Origin: Centroscyllium fabricii
Lineage: Eukaryota
Reading direction: 5' to 3'
DNA length: 64,000 nucleotides
NCBI GenBank assembly: GCA_051313645.2
Contig: JBNRSN020000019.1
Location: 58,528,001 to 58,592,000 of the forward strand
The position numbers were made by a program, and so were the translations under genes. Shown in pieces: positions 22,294 to 35,917 of this stretch (position 1 is its first letter; each line of letters opens with the position of its first letter). The notes under the pieces are model-generated. The model was given only the letters and a program-made list of their open reading frames with translations. It made no database searches and was not told the origin of the DNA.

Positions 22294-25200
22294 TTACAAG
22301 TCCAGTCTCTGTGGAGGCCGGCGGTCTCTCGCTGGGTATCGTCTTCCGATGTTTAGTGAGGAAGTAGTCTCAGTAGACTGGCCGTCTAACTCGGCCTCTG
22401 AAGAGTCTTCATCAGGCGTTGATTCGGCTGGAAGATTGTCCTCTGGTTGTGGCACCTCATTACTGGCCACTGTGTCCCTCACGATCTGATCCATATGCCT
22501 CCTGATTTGTCCCTCCGGTGTGTCCACCGTGTATGTCTGCTGCCCTTGCCATTGGCTGATAACTTCAGCCTGCCACTTGTCTCGTCGGTAGTCTCTCACG
22601 AGTACCTCTTGGCCTACGTCAAAGTCCCTGGGTTTCCTATCTGCAGTCTTTCGAAACATCTTTCCCTCGACATCTCGTAGTATGTTCGTCTGCAATAGGT
22701 CCAACCAGCTTCCGTAATCTCCTGTTGAAGAACAACACTGATGGGGCCTGGTTAGTGGTCGCATGTGTGTCATTTTTATAGGCAAAAGAGGAAGTTGTCA
22801 ATTTAATGTTGCAGATTTAACTTTCCTCCCTCCATGGCTTTGATAGCCTTTTTAAAGGTTTCTACAAACCGTTCTGCCAACCCATTGGTGGCTGGGTGGT
22901 ATGGTGCCGACTTGTAATGTCGGATGCCGTTTCGTTTGAGGAACATGCTAAACTCCTCCGACACAAACTGGGGACCATTGTTGGAACAGATCTGTTCCGG
23001 TATACCATTTCCGGCAAAAATGGTTCGGCGTACTGAGATTGTCTTCTCAGTTGTAGTGGAGGACATTCGTATCACTTCTGGCCACTTGGAATGGGCGTCA
23101 ACGACAATGAGAAACATTGCGTCCATAAAGGGTCCAGCAAAGTCAATATGAATGCGTTGCCACGGTGATAATGGCCACTTCCAAGGGTGCAAGGGAGCCT
23201 GGGGCGGTGAGTTTTGGACCATTTTGCACCCTGTGCATTCGCTGGCCAACTGCTCTATCTCTTTATCAATCTTGGGCCACCATACGTATGCCCGAGCCAG
23301 TGATTTCATTTTTACCCCACCCAGATGCCCCTCATGGAGGTCTGCCAAAATCTGTTTCCGTAGCTTCATGGGAGTCACTACCCGACCCCCGCACATCAGC
23401 GTGCCCCAACGGACCGACAACTGGTCCTCCCTATTGGCGTACTCAGGCCAGTGTTAAAGGTCCTCTCTTAACCATCCATTGACTACAATGGTGAAAATTT
23501 TTGCCAAGCAGGGATCATTTCTGGTCTCCCTCTCAATTTGCTGGCTGGTGGTTGGTAGTTGCTCAATCACTGCTGTGTGGTACAGTTCCAGGGGATCCTG
23601 TTGACCCCCCTCTCCTGTTTCTGGGAAGGGTAAGCGAGACAGTCCGTCTGCATTACCATGCCTTTTTGTCCCTTTGTGTTCTATGGTGTATTTATGTGCA
23701 CCCAAGAACAGTGCCCATCTTTGCAGCCTTTGTGCTGTCATCTGGGGTACCCCTTTTTCTGGGTGGAAGATGGAGACCAGTGGTTGGTGGTCTGTGAGGA
23801 GTGTGAATTCTTGACCGTGTAGGTAATGGTGAAACTTTTTCACCCCCCATACCAAGCTGAGTGCTTCACGGTCTATTTGGGCGTAGTTTTTCTCTGCCGC
23901 AGTGAGGGATTTGGAGGCAAAAGCTATTGGTCATTCCGACCCGTCTGAGCATCTGTGGGAGAGGACAGCACCGATACCATAAGGGGAAGCATCACATGCC
24001 AACTTAAGGGGCAGGTTGGGATCAAAATGCATTAGCACCTCCTTCGAGGTGATCATCCGTTTGCTTTTTTCAAATGCATTTTTGCAGGTTTTGTCCCACT
24101 TCCAGGGTGTTCCCGCCTGTAGGTGTGTGTTTAAGGGGTACAAGACTGTAGATAGGTTAGGTAGGAACTTGTGGTAGTAGTTGATGAGCCCTAAAAATTA
24201 CCTTAGTTGATTGACATTTTGTGGTCTTGGGGCATTCACTACCATTGCTATCTTGTCGGGTGATTTGTGTAACCCTTCACTATCGATTTCGTAGCCGCAG
24301 TACGAAATGTGGTTCTTAAAGAATTCGCATTTAAGTTTATTGGCCCTTAGCCCATACTCTTTAAGTCTTTCTAAGACTGTTGCCAAGTTGAATAAGTGTT
24401 CCCCATCTGTTTTACCCATCACCAGGATGTCATCCAGGTAACACTGTGTCCCTGGGATGCCCTGTAGTACCTGGTCCATGGATCTCTGCCGTATGGCTGG
24501 TGCCGATGCAATACCAAAAGTCATCCGGTTATACTGGTACAGTCCTTTATGTGTGTTGATAGTCAGGGGTTTCCTGGACTCCTGCTTCACCTCCATCTGC
24601 AGGTATGCTTGTGAGAGGTCTATCTTGCTGAACCGTTTCCCACCTGCTAAGGAAGCGAAGATATCCTCAATCCTGGGCAATGGGTACTGTACAATTTTCA
24701 AAACCGGGTTAATGGTCATCTTAAAGTCCCCACAAATGCGCACTTTTGTCTTTTCCCCTTCTTTTGTTTGTGTCTTTTTAATGACAGGAATGATGGGCGT
24801 GGCCCATTTACTCCATTCCACTTTGGACAGAACTCCTTCTGCCTCCAGATTCTCAAGTTCTGCTTCCACTGCTGGCCTAACGGCATAGGGTACTGGACAC
24901 ACCTTAGCGAACGTCGGGGTTGCCCCTTGTGTGAGAATTACCTTGGCGTGAAAGTTTTTCAACTTTCCCAGGCCGGGTTGGAAAACCTCTGGGTTTTTTT
25001 TCAAGATTATCTCGACTCTTTTTATGACCGATGTGTCCTCGTTCGTTTTGTCTGCAGTGTCGACATGGTGTATTGTGCCCCAGTCGAGATTAATCCTCCG
25101 GATCCACTCCCTCCCCAGGATTTGCGCTCCACCATCCTTTACGACATATAGGTAAAGACCTTTTGTCTGGTTACCTTGGTATCTGACTGGGACGGGCAAC

Positions 25201-26278
25201 CTCCCCAAAGTCCTAAATTTCTGTCCCGTGTAGGTTTTAAGTATCACAGGGGACTGTTCTAGGGGTATTCCTCTAAATGTCCTTTTGTAGAATTGTTCAT
25301 TTATGACTGATAGAGCTGATCCTGTATCTAGCTCCATTGATATCTCTACCCCTGCCACCTTGAGGGGGATCCATATAACCTCCCGGTCAGTGTGTACGCC
25401 CATGTTGTGGATCTTTAGGCTTCTCAGCCCCCAGTGTTCTCTGCCCTGGTCATCTGGTTTGCTTTCCAAACCGTCTTCTGTGATTTTTGTACCTTTCTGG
25501 GGTTGCCCTGTTTTTGTGGTTCTCTTTGTGACCCCTTGGTTTGTTTCCCTGACCTACAAACTGCCGCAATGTGGCCTATCTTACCACACTGCCTACAATC
25601 TTTATCTTTGGCCCAGCACCTGTTTTGAACATGTGTGGACTTGCCACAGCAGTAGCACTTTTTTGTGCGAGTCGTGATTTTGTGGGTTTCTAGACAACCC
25701 CTGCTGTTTCTTATCTGTGCTGCCCCTGCTGCAGCTGCCTCGTGGGCTGCGGCTGTTTCTAAAGCTTGCTCCAATGTGAGCGTCTTTATAGCCAGCAATT
25801 TCTTCTGAGTGGCATCGTCTAATATGCCACAGACAAATCTGTCTCTTAAATAATTTGCTAGTTTGTCCCCAAACTCGCACTGCTTTGACAAACGTCTAAG
25901 TTCTGTCAGATACTCAGACTGTGACTCGCCTTTTTGCTGTTCTCTTTTGAAAAATTTAAAGCGTTCCCCTATGAAAGGGGATCTGGGGTTTAGATTTTCC
26001 TTTAGAATATCCTTAACTTGTTGGAGTGTTTTATTCGCTGGTCTATCCAGGGATACTAGTGTTCGTAGTAACCCGTATGTTTCGGGTCCTAATGCGTTTA
26101 GTAAAACATTTAGTTTGTTTTCATCTGCTACTGCCTGTACATTGCAGTATATATCAAAATATTCTAAATATGCTTCCCAGTCCTCTTTTTCAGACTGGAA
26201 AACCCCAAACCCGTTTGGTACGGTCCTATTCTGTCTGGCTCTGGTTGCATCTGGTTGTGCGTTTTCCTGTTCCCCCAT
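22294..26278 (-). pseudogene. gag-pol of element C with frameshifts
   Basis: gag 25424..26278 (two knuckles); PR LDTGS and RT YLDD in 24198..25469; RH CDASPYG; IN IHIDFAGP...NGLAER. Confidence 0.9.
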
Positions 26279-26299
26279 CTTTACTGTATGTTATTGGGG

Positions 26300-27035
26300 T
26301 AAGATGGCATCTTGTCCCACCCCTGTGTGTCTCATCCGGCATCTTCCCGCCTTCTTCCCGCGCTAAGATGGCATCTTGTCCCACCCCTGCGCGTCTCTTC
26401 TGGTTTCTTCCCGCGCTAAGATGGTGACTTGTCCCGCCCCTGCGCATCTCTTCCAGCGTCTTCCCGCCCCTGCGCGTCTCTTCCAGCGTCTTCCCACCCA
26501 AACATGGCGTCTCCACGCCTCTGCGTGCCTCTTCCCCACTAGGTCTTAATTCCCCCCGCGGTCTGAGTAACGAATGCGCTCTACCTGGTAGCTGAAATTT
26601 TTTCTTTCTGGTCGGAGGACCACCCCTGATCCTCGACGACCCTTCTGTTGATGCCCTGGATCTTTAGTTCGACCCTGCTGTGGCTGCCTCTGTTGGCTGT
26701 GTCCTGCTCTGTGGCCTTCCTGCCACTGCTGAGCTGGGCACCCGATTGCTGCTGGCTCCTACCATCGATTCCCGTTGGCTGCTGATGCCGATTCCTGCTG
26801 ACTGCTGCTAATGAATTCTGTTGGCTCCTGCTGCCGATTTCTGCTGGTTGCTGCTGCCGAATTCTGCTGGTTTCTGCTGCCGATTCCTGCTGGCTGCTGC
26901 TGTCAAATTCTGTTGGCTCCTGCTGCCGATTTCTGCTGGCTGCTGCTGCCGAATTCTGCTGGTTTCTGCTGCCGATTCCTGCTGGCTGCTGCTGCTGAAT
27001 TCTGCTGGCTCCTGTTGCCAATTTCTGCTGCCTGG
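26300..27035. repeat. Two tandem-repeat arrays in the 5' leader of element C
   Basis: ~26300-26530: units of AAGATGG..TTGTCC / CCCTGCGCGTCTCTTC; ~26745-27030: CTG-rich units such as GCTGCTGCCGAATTCTGCTGG. Confidence 0.75.
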
Positions 27036-28136
27036 AGTGAAGATGCCTCGCCACTCCCGTTGTTGGAGTGTAGGCCTAATGAGTTCCTGCTGTTGGAAGT
27101 CGCTGCCCCTCCCTGGTTTGAGGTGCAGGGTGTGCCTTGGTGGTCGATGGATTAGTTCAAAAAACAACTTTCGTCATTTATCGACGTAGCCGATTGCACA
27201 GCTATGGCTTCGACCGACCTCGTTGCCATTATTATGTCTGCGCTATCAAGGATTAATAATGACAGACTCGACGTTAAAGGTACAACTCAAGGTGATGTTT
27301 ACTGGTCATAGTAAATCTGGAACTAACTTGTAGCGCTCCTCGCGCTTACATATATACATGAGTGGTGAACCGCAGTACTGCAATGTACTGACGCGCACAA
27401 AGTAGTGCCCAATGATAATTAAGCATTTCACTATGTACATACACCACACTTTCATCACAACAATTTCTTACCACTCCAGTATTTCTTTTATGAATGATAG
27501 AATTGGAGTGGATGGAGATTAAGACTTGCTTCCACTTGGTCTCTGGTTGCTCCTGCTTAGTCAGCACAACTTGGCTATTGGGTTCAACAGAGGACTGACA
27601 TTCATAATGTTGCACAACCAATGTTCCCAATAAGAGGGCTGCATTACATTCAAAACAGCGGACTTTGCTGACTGACCCATTGCATTTCCCACATGTTCTA
27701 ATTTTATTGGATATTCCCAGTATGGGTGGTCTTTTTCACTCCTTTATTTTCCACCTATCTGTCCGTTAATGAATGCACAACAATCTCAAAGTGACAGTGA
27801 CATTCCCGGAATGTTAATCTGAAAGTAATTTCCATGTTAAATATAAGCTACTTAGTAGCTCACAAAAACAAACCAACTAATCCTGTGGGGTGATGTTGCC
27901 CACTGACTTATTTTGATATAAATGAACATTACTATCTACATATCTTGGCCTACCAATACCTTTGAATGAGTCTTTACGCCACCACCCCATTCCTGCTATT
28001 CTTGCCTCTGCTCTTAGTACAGGTATAACATTTGTTTCCCCCATGTGATATGTCTGTGTCCAGCAGACTATTGGGGTGATGTCAGAATTAGAAGTTTCTA
28101 TAGATGGTTAGGTGCAATATCAGCAACCAGCAGACC

Positions 28137-28610
28137 TACAACAACAACAATTTGTATTTATATAGCGCCTTCAACATAGTAAAACGCTCCAAGGTGCTTC
28201 ACACGAGTGTTATCAAACAAAATTTGACACCGAGCCGCATAAAGAAATATTAAGGCTGATGAGCAAAATGTTTGGTCAAAGAGGTAGGTTTTACGAGCGT
28301 CTTAAAGGAGGTGAGAGAGGTGGAGAGGCAGAGAGATTTATGGAGGGAATCCCAGAGCTTAGGGCCTAGGCAGCTGAAGGCACGGCCGCCAATGGTGGAG
28401 CGATTAAAATCGGTGATGCTCAAGAAGCCAGAATCAGGAGCACAGATATCGCGAAGGGTTGCGGGGCTGGAGGAGATAACAGAGATAGTGAGGGGCGAGG
28501 CCATGGAGGGATTTGAAAACAAGGATGAGATTTTATAAATCGAGGCATTGCTTAACCGGGAGTCAATGTAGGTCAATGAACACAGGGGGTGATGGGTGAA
28601 TGGGACTTGG
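28137..28610 (-). mobile_element. L2-type LINE 3' fragment
   Basis: GGRAFSCLGPKLW motif (ORF 28250..28576); tail GGCGCTATATAAATAC(TTG)n. Confidence 0.8.
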
Positions 28611-28749
28611 GCAAGTGCAATAAGCCCAAAGTTAAAAAAATATAGATGACTGTATCATTCACTATACTCATGAATCTCACATAAACACAGGTCATTTGGT
28701 TTATCAATCTACTTTCTTATAATTAATTGGGGTACATACAATCTAATCT

Positions 28750-29480
28750 ATTCTTGTATTTTAGGTTCCTATTCTGCAAAGCTTCAGACTATTTGCATCA
28801 TCTTGTCCTAGATTTAATTTAAACCCTCTGCAACTTCTAGTGAAAGAAATCTAGAGTGCACTGAACACACTAGGGGGCAGGTTATTCCACAATTTGATAA
28901 GCTAATGTAAGAAGGCACTTCTAAATTCTTGTTTTTGCTAATGCTTTCTCAAATATGAAACCATTCCCTCTTGTTCTACGTTCGCAATTCAATTAATAGA
29001 ATTTACTGTCATCGCTGTGCATTTGACCTTTTCAGGAGTCCCCAGAGTTTCTGCTTTGTCTACGCATCTCATTAATTTTTAAAAATGTTGTCGGATCTCC
29101 TTTTATCCTTTGTTTTGCTAAAGAAGTAGTCTTTGTTCCTTTAACCTATTTTCAAAGCAATAGCAGTCGAAGTCTGGAGTTCCGCTTCGTTACTCTCCTC
29201 TGCTCTTTCTAATGTATCAATGTCCCTGTGGAGATATAATAACCAAAAGTGACTGCATTACTCTAAATCCTGTCTTTTTAATGCATTGCACCAAGTTAAC
29301 AGAATGTCAGTGGATTGGAATTCTATGTTGCTGGCAATGTGCCCTAACATTCTGTTTGCCTTACTAATTGCCATCTCACATTGAAATGTGAAAGATAACT
29401 ACCTCCAAATTATTTTCTTTAAGGTACAACAATTAATCTTTCATTTAAGATTATCCTTTTGTTTCACCTAAATGTAATCC
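28750..29480 (-). mobile_element. Old, highly decayed CR1 fragment
   Basis: Degenerate similarity to the CR1 RT 3' region (e.g. TTATTCCAC, CCTCTTGTTCTA, CCTAACATTCTGTTTGCCTT). Confidence 0.45.
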
Positions 29481-29636
29481 TTATAATTGCACAAGAAAAC
29501 ATTCTTCTTTTCTTCAGCTTCTACATTGCAATTAAATATCATCACCTCGTAACACTATCCCTTTAAGAAACTTATTCTGAGTGATTAGGTTATCTTCCAC
29601 CACTTTGCTGCATATAAGCCTCATTTTGCAATGTAA

Positions 29637-30302
29637 TGCCCCGCTTTCACTGAGGCTACGAATATCCCGAATCGTCCCGAATCTGAAATTTGTCCGGTTC
29701 GTAGATAATTCTCAAACGTTTCTTGCAGTTCTTAAATGATTCTTAGTTGATTCTTAGTTGATTCCTAAACATTCGTACAGTTCGCGTGAGTTCGTCGATC
29801 CGGCACGAAAGTTTTTGCTTGTCAAAAACTTTCGTGGGAGGGTTCACGAATTTCAAATTCGTACATGCATCGTAAACACTTCGTGAACCTTTCTTATCGT
29901 CCGTAACCGCTTCGTAATCGCTTCTTCTGCATTCTGGCCTATTCTTGGGCATTCGTGACTCCCTCAAATTCGTGGACCCACGCCGAATACATCACGAAAC
30001 AGGCACGAATGTCCAGAATGTATTACGAATCAAGTACGAATCGGTCGTAGTGGATTCGTACAATAATTCGGCACATTCGTAAGTGAGTCGTACCTTATTC
30101 GTTAAATTCTTACCTGATTCTTTGAATTCGTACTTGTTTCTTAAACCATTCTTGACATTCGGCATATCTTTCAAGCCGATTAGCCACGAATAATTCCCGA
30201 ATCTCCACGAAATTTCTCATTTTTTGCCGAATCTCCACGAATTTCGATTCGGGACGATTCGGGACGATTCGGCATATTCGTAGCCTCAGTGAAAGCGGGG
30301 CT
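29637..30302. mobile_element. PIF/Harbinger MITE, young and CpG-rich
   Basis: TIR GCCCCGCTTTCACTGAGGCTACGAATAT; TAA TSD (29634-29636, 30303-30305); internal TTCG/CGAA repeats. Confidence 0.88.
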
Positions 30303-30491
30303 TAATCCGTAGTGTTTTTCTACTTTCATCCGCAGTGGTTGTGTTTGCTGTCCTTCAGAATAGATGTTTGACAAGTTCTGTCCTTTGTCTTGGTTATCCC
30401 GATCAGATTATATCATTAATTAGCGCCCGCTGTTACATGTTAATTATTTCTAGCATTTGGGTGTGCTCAGCAATTCTTTTCTCAGGCTCAA

Positions 30492-31070
30492 TGGCCCTGA
30501 TATTTATGGAGAGGCAGGGAGGGAGCAGGGGCGCATACCTGCGGCCGGGAATCCCAGAAATGCTGGGAACGCAAAGGTCCTGCCAAATTTAACGGCAGGG
30601 CCTCATTAGAATTTGTTTTACTCCGTTTCCCGCCCGACAGCCGGTCAGATTGAGAGGCCGACTGTCTGTCGGGCGGGAAAGTCTGTGCGACAAGGCAACA
30701 GCCGGGGACGGGGGTCAATGTGGGTGGGGGACCCGGATTGCAGGGAGGGAAGAGACCACGGGGGAGGGGGTGGAGTGATCGCCGGGGAGGTGGAGTGATC
30801 CCGGGGACAGGGGGGTCGACCAATCAGGGGAAAGGGGAAGATCGCGGAAGGTTTGCTTGAGGGGCGGGGAAGAAGCACTCTTGCCCCTCCTGGCCCACAA
30901 GCAGTGCTAGATAAGCACTCGCCTCCTGCAGCCAGCAGCAGCTCCCACCTCCCATTAGCTGCTGGGTTACCCGGGCCCTGGGAAACCCGGCCCGCAGCCG
31001 TTATATCCAAATTGTTGACAAAATCTGAGGCACGCAACCTAACTTAAATATTATAGTGACCGAGCCACCT
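30492..31070. mobile_element. Partial Harbinger-type MITE
   Basis: GGCCCTGATATTT terminus; internal CTCCTGGCCCACAAG motif shared with other MITEs in the window. Confidence 0.45.
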
Positions 31071-31138
31071 TTGCAGAGTAGGTTACTAGTCTGAACCCAA
31101 ACCTAGTCATAGAGTCCTAACGGCACAAAAGGAGGCCT

Positions 31139-31403
31139 GATTATAATCGCTCAACCTTTGGTGGTCGTGCCTTCCGTTGCCTCTGCCCTGAGCTCTGGAA
31201 TTCCCTGCCTAAACCTCTCCGCCTCTCTACCTCTCTTTCCTCATTTAAGACACTCCTTAAAACCTACTTCTATGACCAAATCCTGCCCTAATTTCTCCTT
31301 ATGTGGCTCAGAGTCAAATTTGTTGTCTTATGACACTCCTGTGAAGCACCTTGGGACATCTTGCTACGTTAAAGGCGCTATATAACTGCAAGTTGTTGTT
31401 GTT
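31139..31403 (+). mobile_element. L2-type LINE 3' fragment
   Basis: Homologous to the reverse of 28137-28400; ends GGCGCTATATAACTGCAAG(TTG)n. Confidence 0.75.
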
Positions 31404-32175
31404 GAAAAAGGATTTCTTTAGTGTCATGTGCTTGGTATTGAAAATGTATCCCAACAAATTGCCAGTTTTGTTAAGATGGTGGCTTCATTAAAGCCCTCCT
31501 TCCTTTCCTCTCCCCTTCATTCCATAGCCATGTTACTGGTTCAGCTAGACTGTCCCATGGGGTAGCAACCTCAGGCACCAAAGAGACCAGGACAACTTTG
31601 GCATGTTGTCTGACATGAGGAGCTCTTTGACTTAATCCAAACTGCTCAAAGGAAATTTTTCAGAATTCAGACTTCATTAACTTGTCTGAAGAAGAGGAGA
31701 AGAAGAAAGGATCTGAGCGTGGGGCTCACTTTGCAGGAATTGCTTCAGGCACCAGCTTCTGGGATTGAGTATAGGTCTGACTCAGCACAAAACTCCTTTG
31801 ATGAATGCAATGTAAGGATTGTATCCCAGTTGGAGGTCCAACCACAGCTTATCCAGGAATAAGCAAGGATGCTATTATTGACTTAATGACTATTTCTGAT
31901 ACTTATATTTTAACAGGGTTTCAATTACCATCCACTATGTGGACTGTTGTAAAACCAATGTGGGAAAACTTATTCCAAGCAGTGTTTGTTGATTCTTGTG
32001 GCTGATGGGTTCCACTGTGTTCCCATTTCACAATGCGGTTTCTGCTTATGCAACCGACCATCAGCTGGTTTGTTGTCTTTTAAACCCTGAGAAAATACAA
32101 TAACATCCCCAGAGTAAGCGACAATTCATTTTGTAAAGTGCTTGAATACCTTTGCCTATAAACAATGGTGATTAC

Positions 32176-33535
32176 ACAAGAACATAAGAAATAGGAGCAG
32201 GAGTAGGCCAATCAGCCCCTAGAGCCCGCTCCGCCATTCAACAAGATCATGTCTGATCTGATCCTAACCTCAATTTTACTTTTACTCTCCATCCCGCCCA
32301 AACCCATGTGATCACCTGGGAGAGGCGAAAAACCGGATATAAAACCCAGTGGCCAATTTGGGAGAAAAAATCTGGGAAATTCCTCTCCGACCCATCTAGG
32401 CAATCGAAAACTGGTCCAGGAGATCACATGGCCGATCTGAACCTAGCCTCACGTCCACTTACCTGCCCGCTCACCATAACCCCTAATTCCCTGTGAGCCT
32501 ATAACAGAGCTGCACTATTTCTTGTATGGCAGAGGAACACTGTAATACCTCCTCAGGCCACCTAGTATAAATAGCACGGTACTGCAAGCTGTATTCAGGT
32601 TTCCCCCTGAACATTGACGAGTAAAGACCTTTTGTTCCTGTGACCCTGTGTCCGAGTTCTTATTAAGTGTCCACCTAACACTGACAACGAGGTGTTTAGG
32701 CTAGGACACAATAAAGCCCCTTCACAATCTTAAATGTTTCAATAAGATCGGCTTTCATTCTTCTGAACTCCAATGAGTAGAGGCCCAATCTACTCAACCT
32801 CTCGTCATATGTTTGCCCCCTCATCCCCGGAATTAACCTCGTGAACCTTCTATGCACTGCCTCGAGAGCAAGTATGTCCTTTCTTAAATATGGATACCAG
32901 AACTGCACGCAGTACTCCAGGTGTGGTCTCACCAATACCCTGTACAACTGCAGCAAGACCTCTCTGCTTTTATACTCCATCCCCTTAGCAATAAAAGCCA
33001 ACATTCCATTGGCCTTCCTGACCACCTGCTGCACCTGCGTACTAACCTTTTGTGTTTCCTGCACCAGGACCCCCCAGATCCCTTTGCACTGAAGTACTTT
33101 CCAGTTTCTTTCCATTTAGATAATAACTTGTTCTATTATTTTTCCTGCCAAAGTGCATAACTTCACACTTTCCAGTATTATATTCCATCTGCCAAATCTC
33201 TGCCCACTCACTTAGCCTATCTATGTCCTTTTGCAGGTTTTTAATGTCCTCCTCACTCATCACACTCCCTCCCATCTTTGCGTCATCCACAAACTTTGAA
33301 ATGTTGCACTTGGTCCCTTCCTCCAAATCATTAATATAGATTGTAAAGAGTTGGGGTCCCAGCACCGACCCTTGCGGAACATCACTGACTGCCAGTCTGA
33401 GAACTAACCATTTATCCCAACTCTCTGTTTTCTGTTAGAAAGCCAATCCTCCACCCATGCCAGAATATTACCCCCAACCCCATGATTTTTTATCTTGAGT
33501 AATAATCTTTTGTGTGGCACCTTGTCAAATGCCTT
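32176..33535 (-). mobile_element. CR1 LINE fragment (RT C-terminus 32696-33535, tail 32176-32435), split by an LTR fragment
   Basis: LGPQLFTIYINDL, KFVDDAK and VRPHLEYCVQFW; tail matches 1-262. Confidence 0.88.
32492..32692 (+). mobile_element. Truncated LTR with Mag-type PBS remnant
   Basis: TATAAATA box, AGTAAA, then ...CTAACA followed by CTGACAACGAGG, resembling TGGCAACGAGG of element C. Confidence 0.5.
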
Positions 33536-33622
33536 CAGAAATAATTCATTGGCTGTGAAATATAAGAACTAAAGAAACACTGAAAGGTGCAATGTAAATT
33601 AAAGTTCTTTCTTTTTCAGCTC

Positions 33623-33852
33623 TGTCGTAAAACACAACTTCTGAAATAACTTAGGAAAAGTTACTGGTCGGCCAGCTGAAGGCGCCGACCAGGGAGTATA
33701 AATACTGGGGCCTCGGCCCACCTTGGACAGAGACAATCTGGCACCAGGAAGCTAGTGACTGTAAACTAGCTCTCTCTCTTTATGTTGTGTTATAAGTTGA
33801 ATAAAGCCTTGCTTTATATTCACCAAGAGCTTAGTAAGTTTTTATTATGTCA
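33623..33852 (+). mobile_element. Solo LTR (230 bp)
   Basis: TG...CA termini; TSD AGCTC (33618-33622, 33853-33857); TATAAATA and AATAAA. Confidence 0.85.
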
Positions 33853-34013
33853 AGCTCTAAAGGATTTTTTTTGCAAAGTGACCTTGCACTTATAAATCAT
33901 GTTGGATTTTATAAACGATTAGCTTCCTATTCCTATTTCTCTACATTACAAGAGTGGCTACACTTTAAAAGTACTTCAATGGCTGTGAATTTCCTGAGGT
34001 CATGAAAGACATT

Positions 34014-34767
34014 GGCCCAGAAATTCCCGTTATCGCATATCGGGTTTAAGCTCTGGTGCGGGCGCACCAGAGCTTAAACCCGCAGGAAGGAGCCGGTGCG
34101 CACGTTTCAGGACTTCCTGTGCCGCCCAGCGGGGGGGTCACTGCTCCCTGCGAGGTCCATCGCAGGGAGCATCGCACTACAGGACCGCCCAGACATCCCG
34201 ATGTTTTTATTTTATTTTTCAGCGCACCAAGAGAAGAGAAATCAACGCTGGAAAAAAGCAGTCATTAACACCCGTTTTCCTCTGGTAAGTGTATATTTTA
34301 TTGATTTTAATTGTTGATTTTTCAGGTTTTTAATTGTTGATAACTTTAAAGACAGGTAAGTATTTTTTTAGACCTGTTTGAAGTTAAATAAAATTTCTGC
34401 AAATTTTTATTTTTTCTTTAAAATAGGTTATTTTTGTTAGTTGGGGTAATGTTTAAAAAATGTGGTGTTTGTAAAATTTTATTTTTGTGTTTAAGTGTCT
34501 TTTGAGAATCTCTCCATTCAAAACTCGCACAGATTTCTCTGTGGAAGTTTTGAACGGAGAATTCCTTCCACTGATTGGCTCCCTGCCAATCAGCTGGTCT
34601 CAAAAGCCACTTCGCAGTAATTACGCCCTTCAGATCCCGCACGGAGCTTTGACAGGCAGGGGTAATGGGAATTTCTCTGTGCAAAAAATCAAAAGTGAAT
34701 ATGGGCAATTAAAGTGCGTTAAGCAGCTCTGCACCCGCATGAAAGGCGCCACTGCAATTTCTGGCCC
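34014..34767. mobile_element. Harbinger-type MITE
   Basis: TIR GGCCCAGAAATT / AATTTCTGGCCC. Confidence 0.6.
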
Positions 34768-35145
34768 ATAAAATGCAAGTTTTTTTCTTTCTATTAAATT
34801 TTACTAGCTCCTGAATTGTTTCTTTTATAACAATCGCTAGCACTTTGGCTGCTATTGGCCTCAGGATAACTAGCTCATAATTTACTTAATTCAAACAATA
34901 TCTACCAGTTGAATTGTAGGGTGCATTGAGACTGCAGTTGCCAGTTGTGAGACACCACACACTTACACACGTGTAGAGCGCCTCTCCTAGCAATTTGATT
35001 TTAAACAGTTGGACAATGTGAGTGACATCAACCAGATTGATTAAGCATTTAACTTAATTTTAGTTAGCTGAAAAAGGTGGTGCAAGGGACCACTTGACCA
35101 CATTTTACATGTAGCTGGACACCATACTGGAGTTACAGTCCATGA

Positions 35146-35350
35146 AAGAAAGGAAAGAAAGACTTGAATTTATATAGCGCCTTTTTCATCCTCAGGACGT
35201 CCCAAAACGTTTTACAGCCAATGAAGTGCTTTCTGAAGTGGGGTCACTGTTGTAATGTAGGAAACGTGGTAGCCAATTTGTGCACAGCAAGCTCCCACAA
35301 GCAGCAATGTGGTGACCAGATAACCTCGTTTTTGTGATTGAGGGATAAAT
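35146..35350 (-). mobile_element. Deu-SINE (SacSINE/AmnSINE-like) 3' part with L2-like tail
   Basis: TTGCTGCTTGTGGGAGCTTGCTGTGCACAAATTGGCT...CCTACATTACAACAGTGAC...GGCGCTATATAAAT. Confidence 0.7.
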
Positions 35351-35917
35351 CACACAATTCAAAATAAGTCATGTTACTTCCAATAGTTTTTTTCTAAATG
35401 TGTTATTTTACAGGAAAAAATTGTATTAAATGGTTTAATTAATTTACACAGGTACCTGTACCTCAATTTTGAACAAAGGAACTACGATAGCAAGCCTGCC
35501 ACTGAAAGGCAATCAGCCATTGAAACTTTGGAATCTTTATGGCATTTCAACTCAAATGTCATCACAACAAATTCCAGTTAAGTTATTCATTAAACCCAAG
35601 CAATTAGCAACTTGGAGTTATTGAAAATTCCAATGTAGGCTATATATTGTGACTATGCCTTGATGTCACATGTTCCCTAAATATTCTTTCTGCAATGTTT
35701 GCCAGCTCCTGACTTTCTTCAACACTCAATAATAGTCATTCTTTTTTAATCCAACCCACGTGTATATAGGAAAAGCAGGGGGAAGAATCTTGGACAGCTA
35801 GGAAATCAAAGCTACAGGAAGGCTGCTTGTGGTTTCTGACTCATTGGTGCAGTAGTTGAATTACTAAATCGAAAACTCTTCAATGTTCGTCAACGTGGAA
35901 TTACAGCTGTACAAATA

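Larger units (their letters stand above)
21995..27448 (-). mobile_element. Mag-type Gypsy element C, decayed; LTRs 27230-27448 (5') and 21995-22205 (3')
   Basis: TSD CTTTC (21990-21994, 27449-27453); PBS TGGCAACGAGG; PPT GGGGAGGAA; LTR termini TG...TA in both copies. Confidence 0.9.

Noticed and set aside
26745-27030. Regular short repeats resembling a CRISPR array or polyQ gene
   Set aside because: No unique spacers, no cas genes, eukaryotic context; lies in a retrotransposon leader
31614-31862. ~80-codon stop-free frame in unique sequence, possibly an exon
   Set aside because: No recognisable homology or convincing splice-site pair; needs RNA-seq or BLASTx
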